48,375 nt of DNA, from the sequence record DRR378314_2339, one strand, 5' to 3'. This document shows positions 31,614 through 40,303 of the stretch, one piece after another; position 1 is the first letter of the stretch; the number at the start of each line of letters is the position of its first letter. The notes beneath the pieces are model-generated. The model saw nothing but the letters and a program-made list of their open reading frames with translations, searched no databases and was not told the DNA's origin. The position numbers and the translations under genes were made by a program.

Positions 31614-32159
31614 ATGTCCATAAAGCAACCATTCAATCTAAATAAATGGATTTCCGAGAACAGGGATACTTTAAAGCCTCCCGTAGGAAATAAAAACCTC
31701 TACACGGAATCGGGAGACTACATTGTTATGGTTGTTGCCGGCCCCAATGCCAGAAAAGATTATCATTACAATGAAACAGAGGAGCTGTTCTATCAATTGG
31801 AAGGCAATATTGAGGTACATATTCAAGAAAACGGCCAAAAAAAGACCATGCAATTGGGACCTGGGGACATGTACCTCCACCCGGCCAAAATACCTCATTC
31901 CCCCGTTAGGAAAGAAGGGTCCATAGGTTTGGTTATAGAACGTAAGCGGGCCGAGATGAACGTTGATGATGGCTTACTTTGGTTTTGCGATAACTGCAAC
32001 AATAAACTTTATGAGGTATACTTCACCTTAAATAATATTGAAAAGGACTTTTTGGGGCATTTCAAAACCTTCTATGGTTCTGAAGAACTTAGAACCTGCA
32101 GCAATTGTGGCACTGTAATGCCCGTTGACGAAAGATTTATTGCCAAGGAAGACCAATAG
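31614..32159 (+). CDS. nbaC: 3-hydroxyanthranilate 3,4-dioxygenase
   Basis: LKPPVGNK, GPNARKDYH, EELFYQ, PHSP, CDNC...CSNC rubredoxin-like site. Confidence 0.95.
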   Translation: MSIKQPFNLNKWISENRDTLKPPVGNKNLYTESGDYIVMVVAGPNARKDYHYNETEELFYQLEGNIEVHIQENGQKKTMQLGPGDMYLHPAKIPHSPVRKEGSIGLVIERKRAEMNVDDGLLWFCDNCNNKLYEVYFTLNNIEKDFLGHFKTFYGSEELRTCSNCGTVMPVDERFIAKEDQ

Positions 32160-32206
32160 ACGACATCTCTATTCAGTGTTACTTCCCATATCCTGAGATG
32201 GGCTAA

Positions 32207-32226
32207 AAAACCGCAAATCCGGTTTT
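32207..32226 (+). terminator. Weak terminator-like hairpin after nbaC
   Basis: AAAACCG/CGGTTTT inverted repeat. Confidence 0.4.
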
Positions 32227-32312
32227 AAAACATTTATGGTTGGTTATACCATAGACTGCACATTAATTTGTAAATTTGAAAAATATAACAATTAACGATA
32301 AAATAGTTATAA

Positions 32313-33866
32313 ATGTCAAGAATTGCGCAAGAATTTGGAATCCAAGAAGCCCTGAAAAAATTAGGTGTCGAAGCTATAAATAATGGAACCTCAACAGGTT
32401 CGGATAATTTTTCTTCCGGAGAGGAGTTAAGCTCATACTCTCCAGTGGATGGTGTTCTAATTGCCAAAGTAAGAACCACCTCCAAGCAGGACTACGAAAA
32501 AGTAATGGATGCGGCCACCAATGCATTTAAAATTTGGAGAACAAAACCCGCACCCCAAAGGGGGGAAATAGTGCGACAGTTTGGAGATAAACTTCGTGAA
32601 CTTAAGGAACCTTTGGGAAAATTGGTTTCCTATGAAATGGGAAAATCATATCAAGAAGGCTTGGGAGAGGTACAGGAAATGATTGATATCTGCGATTTCG
32701 CCGTTGGTCTATCCAGACAATTGCACGGACTTACCATGCACTCGGAAAGACCTGGACATAGAATGTACGAGCAATATCATCCTCTAGGGGTGGTCGGCAT
32801 AATCTCGGCGTTCAATTTCCCAGTGGCGGTATGGGCCTGGAATACAGCCTTGGCATGGATAGCCGGAGATGTATGTATATGGAAACCCAGTGAGAAAACG
32901 CTCTTATGCGGTGTGGCATGTCAAAACATAGCCGCAGCAGTATTTAAAGAAAATAGCCTTCCCGAAGGTATTTCCTGTTTGATCAATGGCGACTATAAGG
33001 TAGGCGAATTTATGACCCATGACAAAAGGGTGCCTCTAATTTCTGCCACAGGGTCTATACGCATGGGAAAAATAGTAGCCCAGGCAGTGGCCGCCCGATT
33101 GGGAAAATCACTTCTTGAACTTGGAGGAAACAATGCCATTATCGTAACCCCCGACGCGGACATAAAAATGACCGTTATCGGAGCTGTTTTTGGGGCCGTT
33201 GGCACGGCAGGCCAACGCTGTACCTCCACACGAAGATTAATCATACACGACTCTATTTATGACAAGGTAAAAGATGCAATAGTTACTGCCTACAAACAAT
33301 TGCGAATAGGCAATCCATTGGATCAAAAGAACCACGTAGGTCCCTTGATAGACACCGATGCCGTAAAAATGTACCAAAAGGCACTTAAAAAAGTGGTGGA
33401 AGAAGGAGGCAAGCTAATTGTTGAAGGAGGGGTGCTGCAAGGGGAAGGATTTGAAAGCGGATGCTATGTAAAACCAGCAATTGCCGAAGCAAACAACAAT
33501 TTTGAGATCGTGCAACACGAGACCTTTGCCCCAGTGCTTTACCTATTAAAGTATTCAGGGGATGTTGAAAATGCCATTGCCATACAGAACGGAGTGGTCC
33601 AAGGACTATCTTCGGCAATAATGACAAATAATCTAAGGGAGGCGGAACGCTTTTTATCAGCTCAAGGTAGCGATTGCGGTATAGCGAATGTCAACATTGG
33701 AACTTCAGGAGCCGAAATAGGAGGAGCTTTTGGAGGGGAAAAAGAAACTGGTGGAGGCCGTGAGTCTGGCTCGGATGCCTGGAAAATCTATATGAGAAGA
33801 CAGACCAACACCATTAACTACACTACCGAATTACCTTTAGCCCAAGGGATAAAGTTTGATCTTTAG
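32313..33866 (+). CDS. Aldehyde dehydrogenase family 7 (piperideine-6-carboxylate / alpha-aminoadipate semialdehyde dehydrogenase type)
   Basis: EVQEMIDICDFAVGLSRQL, AFNFP, LELGGNN, GQRCT, GGGRESGSD, LPLAQGIKF; -7 element TAAATTTG at 32271-32278. Confidence 0.92.
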   Translation: MSRIAQEFGIQEALKKLGVEAINNGTSTGSDNFSSGEELSSYSPVDGVLIAKVRTTSKQDYEKVMDAATNAFKIWRTKPAPQRGEIVRQFGDKLRELKEPLGKLVSYEMGKSYQEGLGEVQEMIDICDFAVGLSRQLHGLTMHSERPGHRMYEQYHPLGVVGIISAFNFPVAVWAWNTALAWIAGDVCIWKPSEKTLLCGVACQNIAAAVFKENSLPEGISCLINGDYKVGEFMTHDKRVPLISATGSIRMGKIVAQAVAARLGKSLLELGGNNAIIVTPDADIKMTVIGAVFGAVGTAGQRCTSTRRLIIHDSIYDKVKDAIVTAYKQLRIGNPLDQKNHVGPLIDTDAVKMYQKALKKVVEEGGKLIVEGGVLQGEGFESGCYVKPAIAEANNNFEIVQHETFAPVLYLLKYSGDVENAIAIQNGVVQGLSSAIMTNNLREAERFLSAQGSDCGIANVNIGTSGAEIGGAFGGEKETGGGRESGSDAWKIYMRRQTNTINYTTELPLAQGIKFDL

Positions 33867-33879
33867 AATTCAACCTATG

Positions 33880-33926
33880 AAAAAACCCGCTATGTACTGG
33901 TTTGTATCCAGTACATAGCGGGTTTT
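33880..33926. terminator. Strong bidirectional terminator hairpin
   Basis: 19-bp perfect stem AAAACCCGCTATGTACTGG (33882-33900) / CCAGTACATAGCGGGTTTT (33908-33926). Confidence 0.88.
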
Positions 33927-34160
33927 AAACTAACCAACCAAATTACATCCTGAAGAATAGCTCTATACTCCAAGACAAAACGTTTATAATTGATCGTTGG
34001 CTAAAATATAAACCCGTAGCCACTTGAAAATTTCCCCTCCCCCCGAATAGGTCCATTAGAAATAGCTGCGGGTTTAACCAAACTAACTCAAATAATTATG
34101 GTGAAAAAGACCTATTTCAATGCCGGAACTTAGTCGGGAGAAATAAGGTCTTTATAATTC
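33880..34160 (-). ncRNA. Candidate structured non-coding RNA (unnamed; ends approximate)
   Basis: Three hairpins in an ORF-free spacer, two adjacent to related UUGGUU/AGUU motifs, ending in a hairpin with a U6 tail on the minus strand. Confidence 0.4.
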
Positions 34161-34494
34161 TAATATTTGCGCTAAAGTCTACATTTCATTCCATGATTAA
34201 AAGCAAAACTATATGGATGGTAATAAAATGTGTATAATTGGTACATTTTGCAACTGCTGCCCTAAACTTTCGTACCGACTTTCCAGACTAAAGTAGTTTA
34301 ATCATAGGGCGGAAACATTTTTTTACAACCGGCCCTATACAACATTATCTTTCTAAATTTTGCCAGAAATTGAGTAAACTTCCCTTAGGTGAATTATTTT
34401 GCTAACTATTTGATACGGAATATTTAATAACATTTTTTTAACATTTAAGGGAATTTTTTAATACATTTAGGCAAAACCCTAACAGCTATTCGAA

Positions 34495-34692
34495 ATGTCC
34501 AAAAAAACAACCAATTTATTGGGTATTGTTATTGCCATTGTTGCTGGAACCTATTTTAACCTTATGTTGTGCAATACATGCATAACCAAAACAGAGGATA
34601 CTCCCTCGGTTGAAAATACAGAGGATATCACTAAAAATAGTATCCTGGCTGATAAAAAGAATGAGCCTCAGAACCTTGAACAAAATAACTAA
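34495..34692 (+). CDS. Small single-TM membrane protein
   Basis: 65 aa; N-terminal TM then CNTC and a polar tail; -7-like TACATTTA upstream; ends 18 nt before the next gene. Confidence 0.6.
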   Translation: MSKKTTNLLGIVIAIVAGTYFNLMLCNTCITKTEDTPSVENTEDITKNSILADKKNEPQNLEQNN

Positions 34693-34710
34693 CCCAAAAC
34701 AATAAAGCAT

Positions 34711-35262
34711 ATGGAAAACCTTAGTATTTGGTGCTGGTTTATACCCGCCGTGGTAGGCATAGTCTGCGCACTATTTGGCTATTTAATTGGAAAAGGCAAG
34801 AATTCCCAAATAGACCACACTTCAGAATTAAATTTACTAAAGGACAAAAACGCAAAACTGGAAACCGATCTGGCGGCATGCAACAAACAACTATCCCAAA
34901 AAGTGGAGCTTGTTGTTCCTGCCAAACCCGTAGCCCCAATAGCCGCCGCAGAAGCCCTACTTCCATTTAATGCACAGGCAGCAAAAGCTGCCTTAGGAAA
35001 AACTGTAAAGCGGGACGATCTAAAGATCGTGGAAGGAATTGGACCTAAAATTCAACAACTTTTCAATTCTTTTGATATTAAAACATGGAAGGATCTGTCC
35101 GAAACTGCCGTCGCCAAATGTCAGGAGATACTGGACAGTGGAGGTGCACGTTATAAAATTCACGATCCTGCCTCATGGCCTATGCAGGCAAAAATGGCCT
35201 ACGAAGGCAAATGGAAAGAATTGCACAAATGGCAGGAAGAACACAAAAGAGGAAAACTATAA
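34711..35262 (+). CDS. Membrane-anchored protein with coiled coil and C-terminal helix-hairpin-helix (DUF4332-like) domain
   Basis: N-terminal TM; DDLKIVEGIGPKI...WPMQAKMA. Confidence 0.8.
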   Translation: MENLSIWCWFIPAVVGIVCALFGYLIGKGKNSQIDHTSELNLLKDKNAKLETDLAACNKQLSQKVELVVPAKPVAPIAAAEALLPFNAQAAKAALGKTVKRDDLKIVEGIGPKIQQLFNSFDIKTWKDLSETAVAKCQEILDSGGARYKIHDPASWPMQAKMAYEGKWKELHKWQEEHKRGKL

Positions 35263-35366
35263 TAAATACAGTCTTCTTAATACTGGGCTTCAGTTAAATC
35301 ATAATAAGTGTACTTATACAAATTACAATTATGTCATAGATCTCTATTGGCGGTAAAAAATACAAT

Positions 35367-35405
35367 AAAAAACACCCCACTTAGATGTCTAAGTGGGGTG
35401 TTTTT
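35367..35405. terminator. Bidirectional terminator
   Basis: AAAAACACCCCACTTAGA / TCTAAGTGGGGTGTTTTT between convergent genes. Confidence 0.9.
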
Positions 35406-35425
35406 GTCTTTTAGCACTCTAATTG

Positions 35426-36424
35426 CTAGACCATTCTTCCGTTGGCTTCCACCCACTTGAACCTATAATTGTCCTCAGGGAATTTCATCCTACTAGCGAT
35501 TCGCTCCAATCTATCCGGTAATTTCATTAAATAGTCCCTTGCCCTTTCCGCATCATCGTTAAGACTTCTAATACTATCCAATTCCCAATAGCTATTCAAT
35601 TTTTTCAAGATATCTATATAGTCCTGAGCAGTATAAACCCCTAATCTTTGTGCACAATTTGAGAAATTCTCAAAAGCAGTTCCTATGCTACCTCCAGACT
35701 CCCTTAGGAAATGGGCCGGCATTACAATTTTCTTCTTCATCATATCGGCAAAGGCCAACATCATCTGACTAGGGTCGTTTTCAAATATTACCTTAACAAA
35801 TTCCCTATAGGCCAAATGATGGCGCATTTCGTCTCCTGCGATAATAGTACACATTTTACCAAGAAGCGTATTGCCTCCCTTTTTACACATTTGACCCACC
35901 CTTTTATGCGAAATATTGGTGGCCAACTCTTGAAAAGAGGTGTATACAAAGTTTTTATAAGGATCTCTATCCGTTCCTATATCAAAACCATCGGCAATAA
36001 GATGCTGGGTGGTTATTTCCATTTCCCTCATATTTACCCTTCCGGCCAAATAAAGGTATTTGTTAAGCACATCTCCATGTCTATTTTCCTCGGCGGTCCA
36101 ATGACGCACCCATTTGGACCAACCATTCTTGTTTTCACCATGTTGATCTATTCCTTCTACGTCCATTAACCAAGATTCATAGGTAGGCAATGCCTCCTCG
36201 GTAATGGTATCCGCTACCAAGGTGACCCAAAGATCATACCCCAATTCCTTGGCTTCCTCACGTATCTGGGTTACGTGATCCATAAAGCCTTCACTTTGTG
36301 TGTCAGGTAAAAAATCCGTGGGTTGCCAAATGTCTTGTATTGGAATAAGGTACTGGTCTATAAAACCATCCACCTTACCCTCAATGGACTTCATCACTTC
36401 TATTCTAACGTTCTTATTAGACAT
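35426..36424 (-). CDS. Acyl-ACP desaturase (soluble di-iron)
   Basis: WQPTDFLP, ITEEALPTY, WTAEENRHG, YTSFQELAT, DEMRH, MPAH. Confidence 0.93.
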   Translation of the reverse strand: MSNKNVRIEVMKSIEGKVDGFIDQYLIPIQDIWQPTDFLPDTQSEGFMDHVTQIREEAKELGYDLWVTLVADTITEEALPTYESWLMDVEGIDQHGENKNGWSKWVRHWTAEENRHGDVLNKYLYLAGRVNMREMEITTQHLIADGFDIGTDRDPYKNFVYTSFQELATNISHKRVGQMCKKGGNTLLGKMCTIIAGDEMRHHLAYREFVKVIFENDPSQMMLAFADMMKKKIVMPAHFLRESGGSIGTAFENFSNCAQRLGVYTAQDYIDILKKLNSYWELDSIRSLNDDAERARDYLMKLPDRLERIASRMKFPEDNYRFKWVEANGRMV

Positions 36425-36487
36425 TCTTCAAATTTTATGTAAATATCCTTAATAATCTTGATAATCTGTGCCAAAGGAATGTAAAAT

Positions 36488-37213
36488 TTAGTTTCTTCCC
36501 GTTTCGGAGGGATAAAACAAATATACCGGATCACTTTGCCAATATTGCTTTGAGGCTACGTCCATTATCGTCAATGGCCCTCTAAAGGCCGCCCCCGTAT
36601 CCACATTCCAAATATTGGCAGCATTCTTTGGAGTTGTCCTCCCAATCCTTGTTACCGGAGTATGGCCAATAAAAATCTCCTTGTAATGTGTTAACCTTTG
36701 AGGGTAAAATTCATCCTCTTTGGTCAGCGATGGATCCAAAGACAATGCCAATTCCCAAAGGGTCCTATCCCAATAATAGGTTTTGGTAAAATACTCGTGG
36801 CCCACACCCCTTAAGTTAGTAAATCCTGCGTGGATAAACAAGCGATTTTCAGCGTCCAGAATATAATTATCCAAATTATCGTAAAACTCAATGTGGGCTT
36901 CCTTAATATCATCCCCCACCAACCGATAAGAATTCTGGGTAGCACTCCCTCCATGTTGCAGCCAAACGGGATTATGATCACCACTTTTTAACCAATCGTT
37001 GCATAGTTCATCATGATTTCCCCTTATGAACGAGCAATTATGTGTTAGCCTAAGCTCCATTAAAAAATTTACCGTGTTCACAGCATCACTCCAGCCATCA
37101 ACATAATCCCCCAAAAAAATAAGATGGTCACTGGGACTAACTTTCGCCCTTAACAATACTTGTTGCAAGGCCTTTAACCCAGAATGTAGGTCTCCGATTA
37201 CCAATGTTCTCAT
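36488..37213 (-). CDS. Metallophosphoesterase (Ser/Thr phosphatase-like)
   Basis: GDLH, GDYVD, GNHD, HAG, GHTP, DTGA. Confidence 0.92.
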   Translation of the reverse strand: MRTLVIGDLHSGLKALQQVLLRAKVSPSDHLIFLGDYVDGWSDAVNTVNFLMELRLTHNCSFIRGNHDELCNDWLKSGDHNPVWLQHGGSATQNSYRLVGDDIKEAHIEFYDNLDNYILDAENRLFIHAGFTNLRGVGHEYFTKTYYWDRTLWELALSLDPSLTKEDEFYPQRLTHYKEIFIGHTPVTRIGRTTPKNAANIWNVDTGAAFRGPLTIMDVASKQYWQSDPVYLFYPSETGRN

Positions 37214-37575
37214 TTGGCAAAAATCGCAAATACCACTTTAATATCCATAGCAAATGAACTAAAAATGGATTTACAGGGTTAATTTAAGTACAAATCATAT
37301 AATCAATGGATAATTCGCAGTAAATTAACAATGCAGTTAACCAGATTGAACCGATTGAAAACATATAGCCCAAAATAAAAGACCTGCAAGCCTCCAGAAG
37401 CGGGAATTCCATTTAAATCGATAGCCGTCAAAAAATATAAATTAAAAAAAGTATAATTTATTTGTTAACTTTTACCTGTTGATAAATGCGTACTTTATTG
37501 ATTATCAATTCTTTAAATCATATTTCTTGTAAACTTCTATGATAATTATCATGTTTTTCTTTCTACTTTTTTTAA

Positions 37576-37583
37576 TACTTTTG
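37576..37583 (+). promoter_or_regulatory. -7 promoter element TACTTTTG for nrdJ
   Basis: Exact TAnnTTTG about 41 nt upstream of ATG 37625. Confidence 0.6.
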
Positions 37584-37624
37584 TTCTTTATTCCAATTTA
37601 ATTACAACCCTAAAAAATCATTAT

Positions 37625-40177
37625 ATGCCAACTAAAATCGCCCAAGGACCGCAAAAGACCTACAGTCAGGAAGAAGCCTTTAATGCTTCATTAGAATATT
37701 TCAAAGGTGATGACCTTGCGGCCAGGGTATGGGTAAATAAATATGCCCTGAAAGATTCCCAAGGGAATATTTATGAGCTGACCCCAGATGATATGCACCA
37801 CAGGATAGCGAAGGAGATTTCCAGAATTGAACAAAAATATCCAAACCCTCTTAAAGAAGAGCAAATTTTTGACCTCATCAAAAATTTTAAATATATAGTC
37901 CCCCAAGGTAGCCCAATGGCGGGCATTGGTAATCCATTTCAGATTGCATCCCTATCCAACTGCTTTGTAATAGGTAATGAGGGGCAGTCCGATTCGTACG
38001 GGGGAATCATGAAAATAGACCAGGAACAGGTACAGCTTATGAAGCGCCGCGGCGGAGTTGGCCATGATCTATCCCATATTCGCCCCAAGGGATCTCCTGT
38101 AAAAAACTCGGCCTTGACCTCGACCGGCCTGGTGCCATTTATGGAAAGGTATTCCAATACTACCAGGGAAGTGGCCCAAGATGGTAGAAGGGGAGCGCTA
38201 ATGTTATCGGTCTCCATAAACCATCCGGATGCCGAAGATTTTATAGACGCTAAAATGGAACAGGGCAAGGTAACGGGAGCCAATGTTTCCGTGAGAATGG
38301 ACGATGATTTTATGACAGCAGTTGAAAGTGGACAAGCTTACACCCAAAAATTTCCTATCCATAGCCCCAACCCTAAAGTTTCCAAAACAATAGATGCGCA
38401 AAAACTATGGAGCAAGATAGTACATAACGCTTGGCGATCGGCAGAACCGGGTATTTTGTTCTGGGATACCATAATAAAGGAATCCGTACCGGATTGTTAT
38501 TCAGATTTGGGTTATAACACCGTATCTACCAATCCCTGTGGCGAAATTCCATTATGTCCTTATGATTCCTGTCGTTTGTTGGCTATTAACCTTTTCTCTT
38601 ATGTAGATCAACCTTTTACAGATAATGCAAGCTTTAATTTTAAACTATTTAAGGAGCATATTGCGGCGGCCCAACGTATTATGGACGATATTATTGACCT
38701 TGAATTGGAGAAGGTAGATGTGATCCTGAAAAAAATAAAAGCGGATCCGGAATTGGATGAAACAAAGGCCGTGGAATACAACTTATGGACCAATATCAAA
38801 GAAAAGGCCGAACAAGGTCGCCGAACAGGAATAGGCATTACCGCGGAAGGAGATATGCTGGCAGCACTTGGCCTACGTTATGGCAGTGAAGAGGCCAACC
38901 AATTTTCAATTGAAGTACACAAGACTATTGCCTTGGAAGCCTATAGGGCCTCGGTACATACCGCCAAGGATAGAGGTGCCTTTCAAATTTTTGATGCGGA
39001 AAGGGAAAAAAACAACCCTTTTATCCTGAGACTGAAGGAAGCCGACGAAAAACTGTATTACGAAATGTTGGAATACGGCCGAAGAAATATAGCGCTATTG
39101 ACCATTGCACCCACGGGTACCACAAGTTTAATGACCCAAACCACCTCTGGTATAGAACCGGTTTTCCTACCTGTATACAAGCGCCGTAGAAAAGTTAACC
39201 CTAATGACAAGAATGTTCGTATTGATTTTGTAGATGAAGTTGGGGATTCTTGGGAAGAATATTTGGTTTTCCATCATAAATTCAAACAATGGATGTCCGT
39301 CAAGGGAATTGATACAGAAAAAAATTATTCCCAGGAGGAGTTGCAGAAGATTGTAGAAAGTTCGCCTTATTTTAAAGCTACTTCCAACGATGTGGATTGG
39401 CTGAGCAAAGTCCGTTTACAAGGTGCGGTTCAAAAATGGGTAGACCATTCTATAAGTGTCACTATAAACCTTCCGAACGATGTGTCCGAAGAATTGGTCG
39501 GCAAACTCTACTTGGAAGCTTGGAAAGCAGGTTGCAAGGGTGTCACTGTTTACCGGGATGGTTCCAGATCTGGTGTTCTGATCTCCAATGACCAAAAAAA
39601 ATCGGAAAATGAGGAATCCCTCACCCATTTCCCCACAAAACGTCCCCAAATTTTGGAGGCCGATGTGGTGCGACTTCAAAATAACAAAGAAAAATGGATC
39701 GCTTTTATTGGCCTGATAAACGACCAGCCCTATGAAATTTTTACCGGTATGGCCGATGATGAGGACGGTATATTAATTCCTAGATGGGTGAACAACGGAT
39801 TGATCATAAAAAGTAGAAACGAGGACGGTTCCTCAAGATACGATTTTCAGTACAAGAACAAAAGAGGCTATAAGACTACCATAGAAGGACTATCCCATAA
39901 ATTTAATCCCGAATATTGGAACTATGCCAAATTAATTTCGAGTACCCTTCGTCATGGCATGCCTATTGAAAAAGTGGTAGACCTTATCAATAGCCTACAA
40001 CTGGACAGTGAATCTATCAACACCTGGAAGAATGGGGTAGCAAGATCGTTGAAAAGATATGTTGCCGATGGCACGGAGGCCAAGGGCCAAAAATGTGATT
40101 CCTGTAATTCCAAAAATCTGATATATCAAGAAGGATGCCTTACCTGTAAGGATTGTGGTTCGTCCAAATGCGGATAA
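37625..40177 (+). CDS. nrdJ: Adenosylcobalamin-dependent (class II) ribonucleotide reductase
   Basis: SNCFV, TNPCGEI, IAPTGT, CKGVTVYRDGSR, C-terminal Cys ribbon (CDSC...EGCLTCKDCG); no adjacent nrdB. Confidence 0.93.
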   Translation: MPTKIAQGPQKTYSQEEAFNASLEYFKGDDLAARVWVNKYALKDSQGNIYELTPDDMHHRIAKEISRIEQKYPNPLKEEQIFDLIKNFKYIVPQGSPMAGIGNPFQIASLSNCFVIGNEGQSDSYGGIMKIDQEQVQLMKRRGGVGHDLSHIRPKGSPVKNSALTSTGLVPFMERYSNTTREVAQDGRRGALMLSVSINHPDAEDFIDAKMEQGKVTGANVSVRMDDDFMTAVESGQAYTQKFPIHSPNPKVSKTIDAQKLWSKIVHNAWRSAEPGILFWDTIIKESVPDCYSDLGYNTVSTNPCGEIPLCPYDSCRLLAINLFSYVDQPFTDNASFNFKLFKEHIAAAQRIMDDIIDLELEKVDVILKKIKADPELDETKAVEYNLWTNIKEKAEQGRRTGIGITAEGDMLAALGLRYGSEEANQFSIEVHKTIALEAYRASVHTAKDRGAFQIFDAEREKNNPFILRLKEADEKLYYEMLEYGRRNIALLTIAPTGTTSLMTQTTSGIEPVFLPVYKRRRKVNPNDKNVRIDFVDEVGDSWEEYLVFHHKFKQWMSVKGIDTEKNYSQEELQKIVESSPYFKATSNDVDWLSKVRLQGAVQKWVDHSISVTINLPNDVSEELVGKLYLEAWKAGCKGVTVYRDGSRSGVLISNDQKKSENEESLTHFPTKRPQILEADVVRLQNNKEKWIAFIGLINDQPYEIFTGMADDEDGILIPRWVNNGLIIKSRNEDGSSRYDFQYKNKRGYKTTIEGLSHKFNPEYWNYAKLISSTLRHGMPIEKVVDLINSLQLDSESINTWKNGVARSLKRYVADGTEAKGQKCDSCNSKNLIYQEGCLTCKDCGSSKCG

Positions 40178-40217
40178 ATCATTTCTTTTTTATATAATAG
40201 TCTTTATTCAAAAAGTT

Positions 40218-40251
40218 ACGCCCCTAAATACTAGCATTTGGGGGCGTTTTT
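40218..40251 (+). terminator. Intrinsic terminator after nrdJ
   Basis: ACGCCCCTAAAT / ATTTGGGGGCGT stem followed by a T-tract. Confidence 0.8.
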
Positions 40252-40303
40252 AGTATAACTCCGTATTTCTATCTATTTTAGATCAATCATTTAAAAACAA
40301 GGC

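Noticed and set aside
36458-36474. TTGGCACAGATTATCA upstream of the acyl-ACP desaturase as a sigma54 promoter
   Set aside because: The -24 box is good but the -12 TTG(C) is missing
37378-37412. AGACCTGC...CCAGAAG...GGGAAT upstream of B12-dependent nrdJ, resembling cobalamin riboswitch fragments
   Set aside because: Elements are in the wrong order, the GCCACTG core is absent, and they lie upstream of the likely promoter
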